A stretch of DNA of 64,000 nucleotides from an uncultured Thermoleophilia bacterium (GTDB lineage Bacteria > Actinomycetota > Thermoleophilia > Gaiellales > Gaiellaceae), in contig CAWIWF010000005.1 in assembly GCA_963839815.1 (NCBI GenBank), positions 30,045-94,044 of the forward strand, in the 5' to 3' direction. This document shows positions 18,494 to 27,048 of the stretch, one piece after another. How positions within the stretch are numbered: the stretch's first letter is position 1; every line of letters begins with the position of its first letter. The position numbers and the translations under genes were made by a program. The notes beneath the pieces are model-generated. The model saw only the letters and a list, made by a program, of their open reading frames with translations. It ran no database searches and was not told the DNA's origin.

Positions 18494-20437
18494 CTAGACC
18501 GCCGCCTCGCGGCGGTCGACGGCACGCGCGATCTCGTCCAGCGCCTCCGGGTTCTCGAGCGAGGAGAGGTCGCCGGGGTCGGTGCCGAGCGCCGTTGCTC
18601 GGACGGCACGGCGCATGATCTTCGCGCTTCGCGTCTTGGGGAGCGCCGCGACGAACACCACCCGATCCGGACGGAACGCCTTGCCCAGCTCGCGCGCCGC
18701 CGTGTCGGCGACCTCGGTTGCCAGCTCGCTCGTGGCCCCGTGTCCCGGGGAGAGGATGCAGAACACCCATGCCACCTCGCCCTTGACCTCGTGCGGAACG
18801 CCGATCGCGGCCGCCTCGGCGACCGCCGGGTGCTCCACCGCAGCCGACTCCAGCTCCGCCGGCCCGATCCGCTTGCCGGCGATGTTGAGCGTGTCGTCGG
18901 AACGGCCGTGCAGGAACCAGAAACCGTCCTCGTCCACCGAGGCCCAGTCGCCGTGCACCCACGTGCCTGGGAAGCGGCGCCAGTACGTGTCGAGGTAGCG
19001 CTCGGGGTCACGCCAGAAGCCGCGGGTCATGCCGGGGAAGGGCTTCCGGCAGACCAGCTCGCCGACCTCGCCGCGCAGCGAGTGGCCTTCCCCGTCGACC
19101 ACGTCCATCGCCATGCCGAGCGCCGGCCCGCCGAGCGAGCACGCCTTGATCGGCACCGCCGGCGTCGGCGAGAGGAAGCAGGCGCCGACCTCGGTGCCGC
19201 CCGAGCAGTTGATGATCGGGCAGCGCCCGCCGCCGACGCGCTCGAACAGCCAGCGGTAGGGGTCGGGGTTCCAGGGCTCGCCCGTCGTGACGATCACGCG
19301 CAGCGAGCCGAGGTCCGCCTGGGGGTCGCCGTGCGGGATCAGCGCCCGGATCAGCGTCGGCGAGCAGCCGAGGACCGTCACCCGCTCCGACTCGATCAGC
19401 CGCCAGAGCCGGTCGGCGGGCCGGTCCGGCGCGCCCTCCGCCATGACGAGCGTGCAGCCCACCGCGTGCCCGCCGACCACCGTCCACGGGCCCATGATCC
19501 AGCCCATGTCGGTGGAGAAGTGCAGCCGGTCGTCCGGGTGCGCGTCGGCCTGGTAGGCGACCTCGCGCGCGATCGAGACCAGGAAGCCGCCGTGGACGTG
19601 GACGATCCCCTTGGGCCGGCCGGTGGTGCCGGAGGTATAGGTGAGCAGGTACGGGTGCTCGGCGTCGAGCTCGCGGGCCGGCAGCTCCCCGGGCGCCGCA
19701 GCCACCGCGTCGTCCCAGTACTCGTCCCGGCCCGCCCGCATCTTCACCGAGCTGCCCAGCCGGCGCCAGACGAGGATGTGCTCGAGTGACGGCGCGGCTT
19801 CGGCGGCCTCGTCGGCGATCGCCTTCATCGGCACCTCGCGGCCCCGGCGGAGCGAGCCGTCCGCGGTGATCAGCACCTTGGCCTCGGCGTCCTGCAGGCG
19901 CGCCGCCACCGCGGGCGCGGCGAAGCCGGAGAAGACCGGCACCTGGATCGCGCCCACGTGCGCGCAGGCGTGCGAAGCGATCGCGACCTCGGCCGACATG
20001 GGCAGGTAGATGGCGACCCGGTCACCTGGCTCGACACCGCGGGCGACGAGCGCCTCGGCCAGCCGTGTCACCTCCTGCGACAGCTCGCCGTAGGTGAGCT
20101 CGCGCCGGCCGCCGTCCTCGCCGAGCGAGACGACCGCGGGGGCGCCGGCACGGTCGCCCTCCGCCCAGCGGTGGACGCACGCGTGGGCGATGTTGAGTCG
20201 CGCGCCCTCGAACCACGTCGCCCACTCGGAGCCGCGCGAGCGATCCAGCACCGCGTCCCACGGCCGGAAGAACGGCAGGCCGAGATCCTCGACGACCGCC
20301 GGCCAGAACCACTCCGGATCCTGTTGTGAGCGGGCGACGAGCGCCGGGTAGTCGTCGACGCCGTGCCGGCGCATCAGCCGCACGACGTTCGCGTGCGCGA
20401 GCACCTCGGGCGTGGGGCGCCAGACGATGTCGGCCAC
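18494..20437 (-). CDS. AMP-forming acyl-CoA synthetase (Acs-like paralogue)
   Basis: 647 aa with YTSGTTGRPKG and a C-terminal LPKTRSAKIMRR. The N-terminal region resembles Acs/acetoacetyl-CoA synthetase. GTG start. Confidence 0.9.
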   Translation of the reverse strand: MADIVWRPTPEVLAHANVVRLMRRHGVDDYPALVARSQQDPEWFWPAVVEDLGLPFFRPWDAVLDRSRGSEWATWFEGARLNIAHACVHRWAEGDRAGAPAVVSLGEDGGRRELTYGELSQEVTRLAEALVARGVEPGDRVAIYLPMSAEVAIASHACAHVGAIQVPVFSGFAAPAVAARLQDAEAKVLITADGSLRRGREVPMKAIADEAAEAAPSLEHILVWRRLGSSVKMRAGRDEYWDDAVAAAPGELPARELDAEHPYLLTYTSGTTGRPKGIVHVHGGFLVSIAREVAYQADAHPDDRLHFSTDMGWIMGPWTVVGGHAVGCTLVMAEGAPDRPADRLWRLIESERVTVLGCSPTLIRALIPHGDPQADLGSLRVIVTTGEPWNPDPYRWLFERVGGGRCPIINCSGGTEVGACFLSPTPAVPIKACSLGGPALGMAMDVVDGEGHSLRGEVGELVCRKPFPGMTRGFWRDPERYLDTYWRRFPGTWVHGDWASVDEDGFWFLHGRSDDTLNIAGKRIGPAELESAAVEHPAVAEAAAIGVPHEVKGEVAWVFCILSPGHGATSELATEVADTAARELGKAFRPDRVVFVAALPKTRSAKIMRRAVRATALGTDPGDLSSLENPEALDEIARAVDRREAAV

Positions 20438-20463
20438 GGGCCTAGCCTATGCAGCTACCCATA

Positions 20464-20481
20464 AGTTAGTGTTCCCTAACT
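20464..20481. promoter_or_regulatory. candidate TetR-type operator (6-6-6 inverted repeat) abutting the MFS start codon
   Basis: AGTTAG-tgttcc-CTAACT sits in the only AT-rich stretch of the 44-bp divergent intergenic region and ends 1 nt before the ATG at 20482. Confidence 0.35.
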
Positions 20482-21910
20482 ATGCGCGCCTCGATCGTGA
20501 ACCCGGCCACGCGGAAGTGGTGGACGCTCGCCGCCGTCGCCCTCGGCCTCTTCATGATCATGCTCGACAACACGGTCGTGAACGTCGCGCTGCCGTCGAT
20601 CCAGCGCGACCTCGGCGTCGGGCCTGTCGGAGCTCGAGTGGATCGTCACGGGCTACGCCCTGACGTTCGCCGCTTTCATGCTCAGCGGCGGCAAGCTCGC
20701 CGATCACTATGGCCGGCGGCTGGTCTTCGTGATCGGCATCGGGGTCTTCACGCTCGCCTCACTGGCGTGCGGCCTCGCCGCGAGCGGCGAGGTGCTCATC
20801 GCGGCCCGGCTGCTCCAGGGCGTCGGAGCCGCGCTGATGAACCCGGCGACGCTCTCGATCGTCTCGGCCACCTTCCCGCCGCGCCAGCGCGGTACTGCGA
20901 TCGGGATCTGGGCGGGCGTGTCGGCGCTCGCGCTCGCGATCGGCCCGCTGGTCGGCGGTCTGATCACCCAACACATCTCCTGGCACTGGATCTTCTTCAT
21001 CAACGTTCCGGTCGGGGCGCTCGCCATCGTCGCCAGCTTCCTGCTCATCGACGAGTCCCGTGACACCCGCACCGACCAGCGGCTCGACCTGCCCGGGCTG
21101 ATCACCTCCGGGGTCGGCCTCTTCGCGCTCACCTACGGGCTGATCGAGGCGAACACCTACGGCTGGACGTCGGGGCGGATCCTCGGCGCCTTCGTCGTCG
21201 CCGTCGTGGGGCTCTCGCTCTTCCTCGTGATCGAGGGGCGCGGCCGCACCCCGATGCTCGATCTCTCGCTCTTTCGCAACGGCACGTACGCCGGCGCCAA
21301 CCTGGTCACGCTCCTGGCCGCGCTCGCCATGTTCGGCGTCTTCTTCTTCGTCTCGCTCTACATGCAGAACGTGCTCGGCTACTCCGCCGTCCAGACCGGC
21401 GCTGCCTTCCTGCCGATGACGGTGCTGATCATCCTGATCGCGCCTGTCGCAGGGCGCACGACCGATCGCATCGGGTCGCGCTGGCTGATGACCGTGGGGC
21501 TCGTGCTGGTGGGCGTGCAGCTCCTGTACTTCTCGCGGCTCGACGAGACGGCGTCCTACTGGAACCTGCTCGTCGCCTTCCTGATCGGCGGCACGGGCAT
21601 GGCGCTGACGATGACGCCGAGTGCTGCCGCGGCGATGCGTGCAGTCCCCGTCGACCGCGCCGGCGTCGGCTCGGCCGTCCTGAACTCGTCCCGCCAGGTG
21701 GGCGGCTCGCTCGGAATCGCGCTGATGGGCGCAATCGTCGCCCACGGGATCGGCGGCCGGACGACGCCGCAGGCGTTCGTGGACGGGTTCTCGGACGCGC
21801 TGCTCGTCGGGGCGTTCATCGCCTTCCTCGGCGCGGCCGTGGCGATGGTGACGGTGCGGCACCACGTGCTCGACGAGCACCCCGTGCCCGTTCCCGAGCC
21901 GGTCGCATGA
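20482..21910 (+). pseudogene. MFS drug:H+ antiporter (DHA2/EmrB-like), apparent frameshift near 20619-20626 (or sequencing error)
   Basis: MRASIVNPATRKWWTLAAVALGLFMIMLDNTVVNVALPSIQRDLGV is in frame 1. It continues as LSELEWIVTGYALTFAAFMLSGGKLADHYGRR in the frame of ORF 20678..21910. Confidence 0.85.
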
Positions 21911-22506
21911 CGGTGCGCACGCGCCTGCCGGCAGGGGAGCGGCGGGCCCTCGTGCTCGATTGCGCGCTCCGGGCGTTCGCCCGCGGCACCTACCGTGGCA
22001 CCACCACCGCGGAGATCGCGCGCGCTGCCGGGGTCACGGAGCCGGTGCTGTACCGCCACTTCCCGTCAAAGCGCGCCCTCTACATCGCCTGCATGGACGA
22101 GGCCTGGGAGCACACGCAGCGGCGCTGGGAGGAGGCGATCGAGGCCGAGCCCGACCCTGCCGAGTGGCTGCCGGCCATGGGTCGCGCCACGTACGGCACC
22201 GAGCAGCATGCTCTCGTCGCCAACGTCTGGCTGCAGGCTCTGGGTGAGGCCAGCGAGGATCGGGAGATCCGGCGCGCGTTGCGCCGTCGCGTCCGCTCGG
22301 TCCACGGCTTCGTCGCCGAGACAGTGCGCCGGGCGCAGGAGCTCGGAGCCCTCCGGCCGGAGCTCGACCCGCACGCCGAGGCCTGGCTCGCCATCGCCAC
22401 GGGCCTGCTCGGCGCGCTCGGCGTGCGCATCGGCGGGCTGATCGACGACGCAGACGTCGAAGCGGTCCGGGCCGCTCGCAGCGCCTGGCTGCAGGGGAGG
22501 ACGTAG
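21907..22506 (+). CDS. TetR family transcriptional regulator
   Basis: 199 aa with HTH GTTTAEIARAAGVTEPVLYRHFPSKRALY. There is an ATGA overlap with the MFS gene. Confidence 0.9.
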   Translation: MTVRTRLPAGERRALVLDCALRAFARGTYRGTTTAEIARAAGVTEPVLYRHFPSKRALYIACMDEAWEHTQRRWEEAIEAEPDPAEWLPAMGRATYGTEQHALVANVWLQALGEASEDREIRRALRRRVRSVHGFVAETVRRAQELGALRPELDPHAEAWLAIATGLLGALGVRIGGLIDDADVEAVRAARSAWLQGRT

Positions 22507-22513
22507 ACGCGCA

Positions 22514-22537
22514 CCGGGGGCCCTCTCAGGCCCCCGG
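22514..22537. terminator. bidirectional GC hairpin between convergent TetR gene and small-peptide ORF
   Basis: CCGGGGGCC-ctctca-GGCCCCCGG, a perfect 9-bp stem. Confidence 0.6.
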
Positions 22538-22586
22538 CTCCGTCTCGGGTGTCGGCGGCCGCTGCGAGGCGGAGCCGAGTGTGACG

Positions 22587-22709
22587 CTAGCTGGACTGCG
22601 AGATGCGGTGCATGTCGTGGCCGTCATGCATGCCGGCGGCCGCGAACGTCGGGAACACCGCGGTCACGAGCGTCACGAGGACGAACGCGAGTGCGAGGCG
22701 AATCTTCAT
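22587..22709 (-). CDS. 40-aa secreted-peptide-like ORF (candidate signalling propeptide or metal-binding peptide)
   Basis: ATG at 22709 has a GGAGG 7 nt upstream. The product is MKIRLALAFVLVTLVTAVFPTFAAAGMHDGHDMHRISQSS, with a signal-peptide-like N-terminus and a hydrophilic His/Met/Asp tail. It starts 17 nt after the stop of the HTH-TPR regulator, on the same strand, and is followed by a hairpin. Confidence 0.6.
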   Translation of the reverse strand: MKIRLALAFVLVTLVTAVFPTFAAAGMHDGHDMHRISQSS

Positions 22710-22726
22710 GGGCGCACCTCCTTTCG

Positions 22727-24097
22727 CTAGAACCGGACGTCCTGGAGCACTTCTGCCGCGCGCCGGTAGAGCAGCGCAGCCGCCCGGTCCTCCCCCCTGC
22801 GACTCGCGAGGTCGCCTTGAGCGACCCACACAGACGCCCTGTGGCTCGGTGACTCCGACTGCTCTGCCACTGCGTCTGCGCGTGTGAACCACTCCTCTGC
22901 GTCGTCGAGTCGACCCTGTTCCATGAGCGCGCGTCCCAGCACCTGCTGCGAACCCGCGATCTCAGTGGCGTAGTCGGCACGGCCGCCGAGGAACTTGAGT
23001 GCCTCGCGCGCGAGCCGCTCGGCATCGGCGTGCTCGCCGCGATCGAGATGGACGCGCGCGAGCGACCCCGCCGCCGTCGCCGCGTCCGTGTCCGTGTCGT
23101 GCTCGAGCGCCACCGAGAACGCTGCCTTGAGGTTCTCGACCGCGGCGTCGGAGTGGCCCAGCATGTGGTTGAGCCCGCCCAGGTTGTTGAGCAGGCGGCC
23201 GACGTGGATCTCGTCGTCGAGCTGCTCGTACAGGGCGCGGGCACGCTCCGCGTACGTCCGCGCGCGAACCAGCTGGCCCAGCCGCTCGGCGACGAGCGAC
23301 GCCTGGAAGTACGTGTTCGCGACACTGCGGCGGTCGTCGATCCCCCGCGAGAGCTCGAGCGCACGCTCGACGTCCTCACGGGCGGCCTCCAGGTCGCGCT
23401 GGCGCCGGTAGCAGCGCGAGCGCCAGCCCAGGATCTCGGAGCGAAGGTGGTCGGCGGGCAGCTCCGAGCGCTCGGCGAGCGCGAGCGCCTCGCTCAGCAG
23501 CGCGAGCGCCGTCGAGACGCTCTGCAGCTTGTACCGGCAGACGCCCAGCCGGAAGAGCACGTCCGCACGATCCAGGTCGGAGAACCCCGGCCCCTCGACG
23601 ATCGCGCGAGCCCTGCTCAGCAGGTCGAGGGCGCCGCGGACGTCACCCGCCAGATTGCGGGCCCACGCCTCGCCCGCTAGAGCGCGCGCCTCGAGCTCGA
23701 CCGAGCCGGTGATCCGCACCAGCCGGCCGACCGTCTCGTACTCCTCGACGGCCTCCTCGCTGCGATGCGCGCGCGTCAGCGCCTCCGCGCGGGCGAGCGT
23801 CGCCTCCACACGCCCGCGGTCGTCGGACGAGACGCCGCTCGCGAGATACCCGGGATCGACGTTCAGACGGGAGGCGAGCCACTCGATCGTCTCCGCCGTC
23901 GGGCGAGTCTTCCCGCGCTCGATCTGGCTGACGTACTCCTTCGAGAAGCGCTGACCGGCGACCTCGCTCTGGGTCAGCCCGGCCGCGACCCGCAACTGCC
24001 GGAGGCGATCGCCGAGGCGATGGCCGGGACGAGAGGAGCCTGTCTGGAGTGCGTGCGGCATGGGGAGCGTCGTAGCGAAGTGTGGCCGACACTTCAC
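22727..24097 (-). CDS. XRE-family HTH + TPR-repeat transcriptional regulator
   Basis: N-terminal HTH LRQLRVAAGLTQSEVAGQRFSKEYVSQIERGKTRPTAETIEWLASRLNV, followed by ~350 aa of repeated helical TPR-like pairs. The start is GTG 24097 or ATG 24061. Confidence 0.85.
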   Translation of the reverse strand: MKCRPHFATTLPMPHALQTGSSRPGHRLGDRLRQLRVAAGLTQSEVAGQRFSKEYVSQIERGKTRPTAETIEWLASRLNVDPGYLASGVSSDDRGRVEATLARAEALTRAHRSEEAVEEYETVGRLVRITGSVELEARALAGEAWARNLAGDVRGALDLLSRARAIVEGPGFSDLDRADVLFRLGVCRYKLQSVSTALALLSEALALAERSELPADHLRSEILGWRSRCYRRQRDLEAAREDVERALELSRGIDDRRSVANTYFQASLVAERLGQLVRARTYAERARALYEQLDDEIHVGRLLNNLGGLNHMLGHSDAAVENLKAAFSVALEHDTDTDAATAAGSLARVHLDRGEHADAERLAREALKFLGGRADYATEIAGSQQVLGRALMEQGRLDDAEEWFTRADAVAEQSESPSHRASVWVAQGDLASRRGEDRAAALLYRRAAEVLQDVRF

Positions 24098-24197
24098 CAG
24101 GAAGCAACCCGTCCGAAAAGGACACTCCCCAAAGGGGCAGGTTCAAGGGGCCTAATGAGTGAAGTAACCGCCAGGTTCGATCGCTTGATCGAGCTAC

Positions 24198-24226
24198 TTG
24201 ACTCTTTCGGACATGCCCGTTACAGT
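24198..24226 (+). promoter_or_regulatory. near-consensus sigma70/SigA-type promoter directed into the tandem-repeat array
   Basis: TTGACT (24198-24203), a 17-nt spacer, then TACAGT (24221-24226), located in the only AT-rich stretch of this intergenic region. Confidence 0.45.
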
Positions 24227-24337
24227 CAGGTCACCTCGCCACCCCGATCAACCGCCAGGTCAGGAGCGAGCGTTGTGTTTGCGACGGAGGGCCGAGGGCG
24301 TGGCTGGGCCGCAGAGCCAAGCCCTCGGCCCTCCGCC

Positions 24338-25170
24338 GTGCCCTGGCCGGCGGCGGCTCCCGGCCGGCGGAGCCCGGCTCCGCCGCCGCCTCGCGCCGCT
24401 GCGGGCACGTCGCTCTCCGGGCCCGTACTCGGACGTACTGTGCCCTCCGGCGCCGCACCCGCAGCGACACGCCAGGAGCACGGCGGAGCGCTCGGTGTTG
24501 GGCAGGTGGTTGGCGTGCCCTGGGCGGGCGCCTCTGCCGCCGGCAGAGCCCGGCTCCGCCGCCGCCTCGCGCCGCTGCGGGCACGTCGCTCTCCGGGCCC
24601 GTACTGGACGTACTGTGCCCTCCGGCGCCGCACCCGCAGCGACACGCCAGGGCACGGCGGAGCGCTCGCTGGAGGAGCAGGTGGTCTGGCGTGCCCTGGC
24701 CGGCGGCGGCCCTGCCGCCGTCTCGCCGCTACGGGCACGATCCTCTCCGGGCCCGTACCCCGACGTACTGTGCCCTCCGGGCTCGCACCCTAGCGACGAG
24801 CCAGCAACGAGGTGCGCCCTGCGCCGCGGTGTTTGTCGCTGTCCCCTCCGGCCTCCTGCTCTCAGCGACACGCCAGGACACGGCGGAGCGCTCGCTGGAG
24901 CGGCAGGTGGTTGGCGTGCCCTCGGCGGCGGCTCCCGCCGGGCGGAGCCCGGCTCCGCCGCCGCCTCGCGCCGCTGCGGAGCCCGGCTCCGCCGCCGCCG
25001 CCTCGCGCCGCTGCGGGCACGTCGCTCTCCGGGTCCGTACTGGACGTACTGTGCCCTCCGGCGCCGCACCTGCAGCGACGCGCCAGGACACGGCGGAGCG
25101 CTCGGTTGTTGGAGCAGGTAGTTGGCGTGCCCTGGGCGGGCGCCCCTACGGGCACGATCCTCTTCAGTCC
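24338..25170. repeat. non-coding tandem repeat array, 4 full units plus 1 partial unit of 176-225 bp
   Basis: The unit anchor GTGCCCT recurs at 24338, 24515, 24691, 24916 and 25127, giving spacings of 177, 176, 225 and 211. Units 1 and 2 are near-identical. Unit 3 carries a divergent insert and unit 4 carries an internal 34-35 nt duplication (GAGCCCGGCTCCGCCGCCGCCTCGCGCCGCTGCG). No reading frame is conserved between units. Confidence 0.9.
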
Positions 25171-25227
25171 CGAGGCAGTGGGGTTCGACCTCGCGCGGCC
25201 GCGCAAGCGGCGCCTAGACTCGAGCGG

Positions 25228-26151
25228 GTGAACGCATGGGCTGAGCGCCTTGGGCGGGTGCGCCGGCGCGAGCTGTCGCCGGCCGGTTTTCGCAAGCTCG
25301 CGATCGCCTCCGCGACCTCGCTCTACCTCATCGTCGTCACCGGCGCCGCCGTCCGGCTGACCGCCTCGGGGCTCGGGTGCGACAGCTGGCCGGGCTGCCA
25401 GTCAGGAAGCTTCTTCCCCGAGAACGACGTCCACGGCGCCGTCGAGTTCGGCAACCGGGCTGTCGCGATCGTCCCGATCTCCCTCTCCCTGGCGACCGCA
25501 GTCGGCGCCCGCTGGGTGTCCGGCCTGCCACGTTGGGCCGTGCTCGTCGCCGCGGGGGTCGTGACCGGCACGGTTGGCCAGGCGCCGCTCGGGCTGCTCA
25601 CGATCACCTCGGGCCTGCACCCGCTGCTCGTCATGACCCACTTCCTGCTCGCGCTCGTCGTGCTGGCGGGCGCGGTCGTGCTCGCGCTGGCCCCGTGGCG
25701 CGAGCCGCGCCGCGCCACGCCGCCGCTCGTCCGTCGCCTCGGCCTCGCCCTCGCCGGCGCCGGCCTCGCGCTCGTCGTCACCGGCGCGTTTGCGACCGCC
25801 GCCGGCCCCCATCCCGGCGACAGCGCCGAGATCCGCCGGTTCGGCTCGCTCGAGACCACGGTCTGGATCCACGTCCGCGCCACCGCCCTCTTCGGCATCG
25901 CGTTCCTCGTGCTCTTCGGCTATCTGCTCTCCCGCCGCGCCGACTACCCCCGCCTGTTCCGCGTCGCCGCCGGGCTGATGGCGATCCTCGTCGCGCAGAT
26001 GGTCGTCGGCGAGATCCAGTATCGAACCGAGCTGCCCTGGGGGCTCGTTCTCGTGCACGTCTCGCTCGCCGCCGCCATCTGGGCCGCGACGGTGGCTTTC
26101 GTCACGCTCCTGTGGCGTCCGCCAGAGAGAGTGGGCGAAGGCGCGACGTAA
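25228..26151 (+). CDS. ctaA: heme A synthase (COX15/CtaA family)
   Basis: The protein-like part starts at VNAWAERLGRVRRRELSPAGFRKLAIASATSLYLIVVTGAAVRLTASGLGCDSWPGC. It is a multi-TM protein with conserved His (MTHFLLA, VLVHVSLA). The upstream part of the ORF is the repeat array. Confidence 0.85.
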   Translation: MNAWAERLGRVRRRELSPAGFRKLAIASATSLYLIVVTGAAVRLTASGLGCDSWPGCQSGSFFPENDVHGAVEFGNRAVAIVPISLSLATAVGARWVSGLPRWAVLVAAGVVTGTVGQAPLGLLTITSGLHPLLVMTHFLLALVVLAGAVVLALAPWREPRRATPPLVRRLGLALAGAGLALVVTGAFATAAGPHPGDSAEIRRFGSLETTVWIHVRATALFGIAFLVLFGYLLSRRADYPRLFRVAAGLMAILVAQMVVGEIQYRTELPWGLVLVHVSLAAAIWAATVAFVTLLWRPPERVGEGAT

Positions 26152-26160
26152 ACTGGCGGC

Positions 26161-27045
26161 GTGCCGAGCGAGCTCAGAGTCGTCCACCGTCCGCGTCTCG
26201 AGAGCCCCGTGCTCGTGGTCGCGTTTCGCGGCTGGAACGACGGTGGCCAGGGTGCCTCGCTCGCGGGTGGCTTTCTCGCCCGCGAGTGGCAGGCGGAGCG
26301 CTTCGCCGACATCGACCCGGAAGGGTTCTACGACTTCCAGGCGACCCGCCCGCTCGTCTCGCTCGACGAGGGGCAGACGCGCAAGGTCGACTGGCCCGAG
26401 AACGCGTTCTACTTCGCGCGCCCGCGCGAGCTAGGCCGCGACGTCATCCTCATGCTCGGCATCGAGCCCAACGTGCGCTGGCGCACCTTCTGCGAGCTGA
26501 TCGTCGACTTCGCCCGCGACCTCGGCGTCGAGCTGGTGGTGACGCTGGGCGCGCTGCTCGCGGACGTGCCGCACACGCGGCCGAGCCCCGTCACCGGCAG
26601 TGCCACCGACCCCGAGCTCGTCGAGCAGATGAACCTCTCCTCGTCACGGTACGAAGGGCCGACAGGGATCGTCGGCGTGCTCCACGACGCCTGCCGCACG
26701 GCGGGCATCCCCTCGGTGAGCCTCTGGGCCGCCGTTCCGCACTACGTCCAGCTGACGCCCAGCCCGAGGGCGGCGCAGGCTCTCTGCGAGCGGCTCGCCA
26801 CCCTCCTCGGCGGGCACATCGACGTCGCCGAGTTGCGCCGCGCCGGGCGCGGTTACGTCGAGCAGGTGAGCGAGGCGGTGGCCGCCGACACGGACACCTC
26901 CGCGTACGTCGAGGAGCTCGAGCAGCGCAGCGACACGCTCGACCCCGGCGACCTGCCGTCGGGAGATGCCCTCGCAGCGGAGCTGACCAGGTTCCTGCGT
27001 GAGCGCGAGCGCGACGACGACCCGCCCGCAGCCACCGACCAGTAG
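26161..27045 (+). CDS. PAC2 (proteasome assembly chaperone 2-like) family protein
   Basis: 294 aa with PVLVVAFRGWNDGGQGASLAG...YEGPTGIVGVL, typical of actinobacterial PAC2 proteins. Confidence 0.85.
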   Translation: MPSELRVVHRPRLESPVLVVAFRGWNDGGQGASLAGGFLAREWQAERFADIDPEGFYDFQATRPLVSLDEGQTRKVDWPENAFYFARPRELGRDVILMLGIEPNVRWRTFCELIVDFARDLGVELVVTLGALLADVPHTRPSPVTGSATDPELVEQMNLSSSRYEGPTGIVGVLHDACRTAGIPSVSLWAAVPHYVQLTPSPRAAQALCERLATLLGGHIDVAELRRAGRGYVEQVSEAVAADTDTSAYVEELEQRSDTLDPGDLPSGDALAAELTRFLRERERDDDPPAATDQ

Positions 27046-27048
27046 CGC

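Noticed and set aside
24338-25170. The tandem repeat array might be a CRISPR locus.
   Set aside because: Units are 176-225 bp and are repeated in full. There are no unique spacers between short repeats, and no cas genes or leader-like arrangement appear anywhere in the window.
23765-25231. Long ORFs crossing the repeat array (23765..24793 +, 24198..25121 +, 24260..25069 -, 24226..24738 -) might encode repeat proteins.
   Set aside because: Indels between units shift the frame, so no frame gives a conserved peptide repeat. All translations are Arg/Pro/Gly/Ala-rich, as expected for non-coding high-GC DNA.
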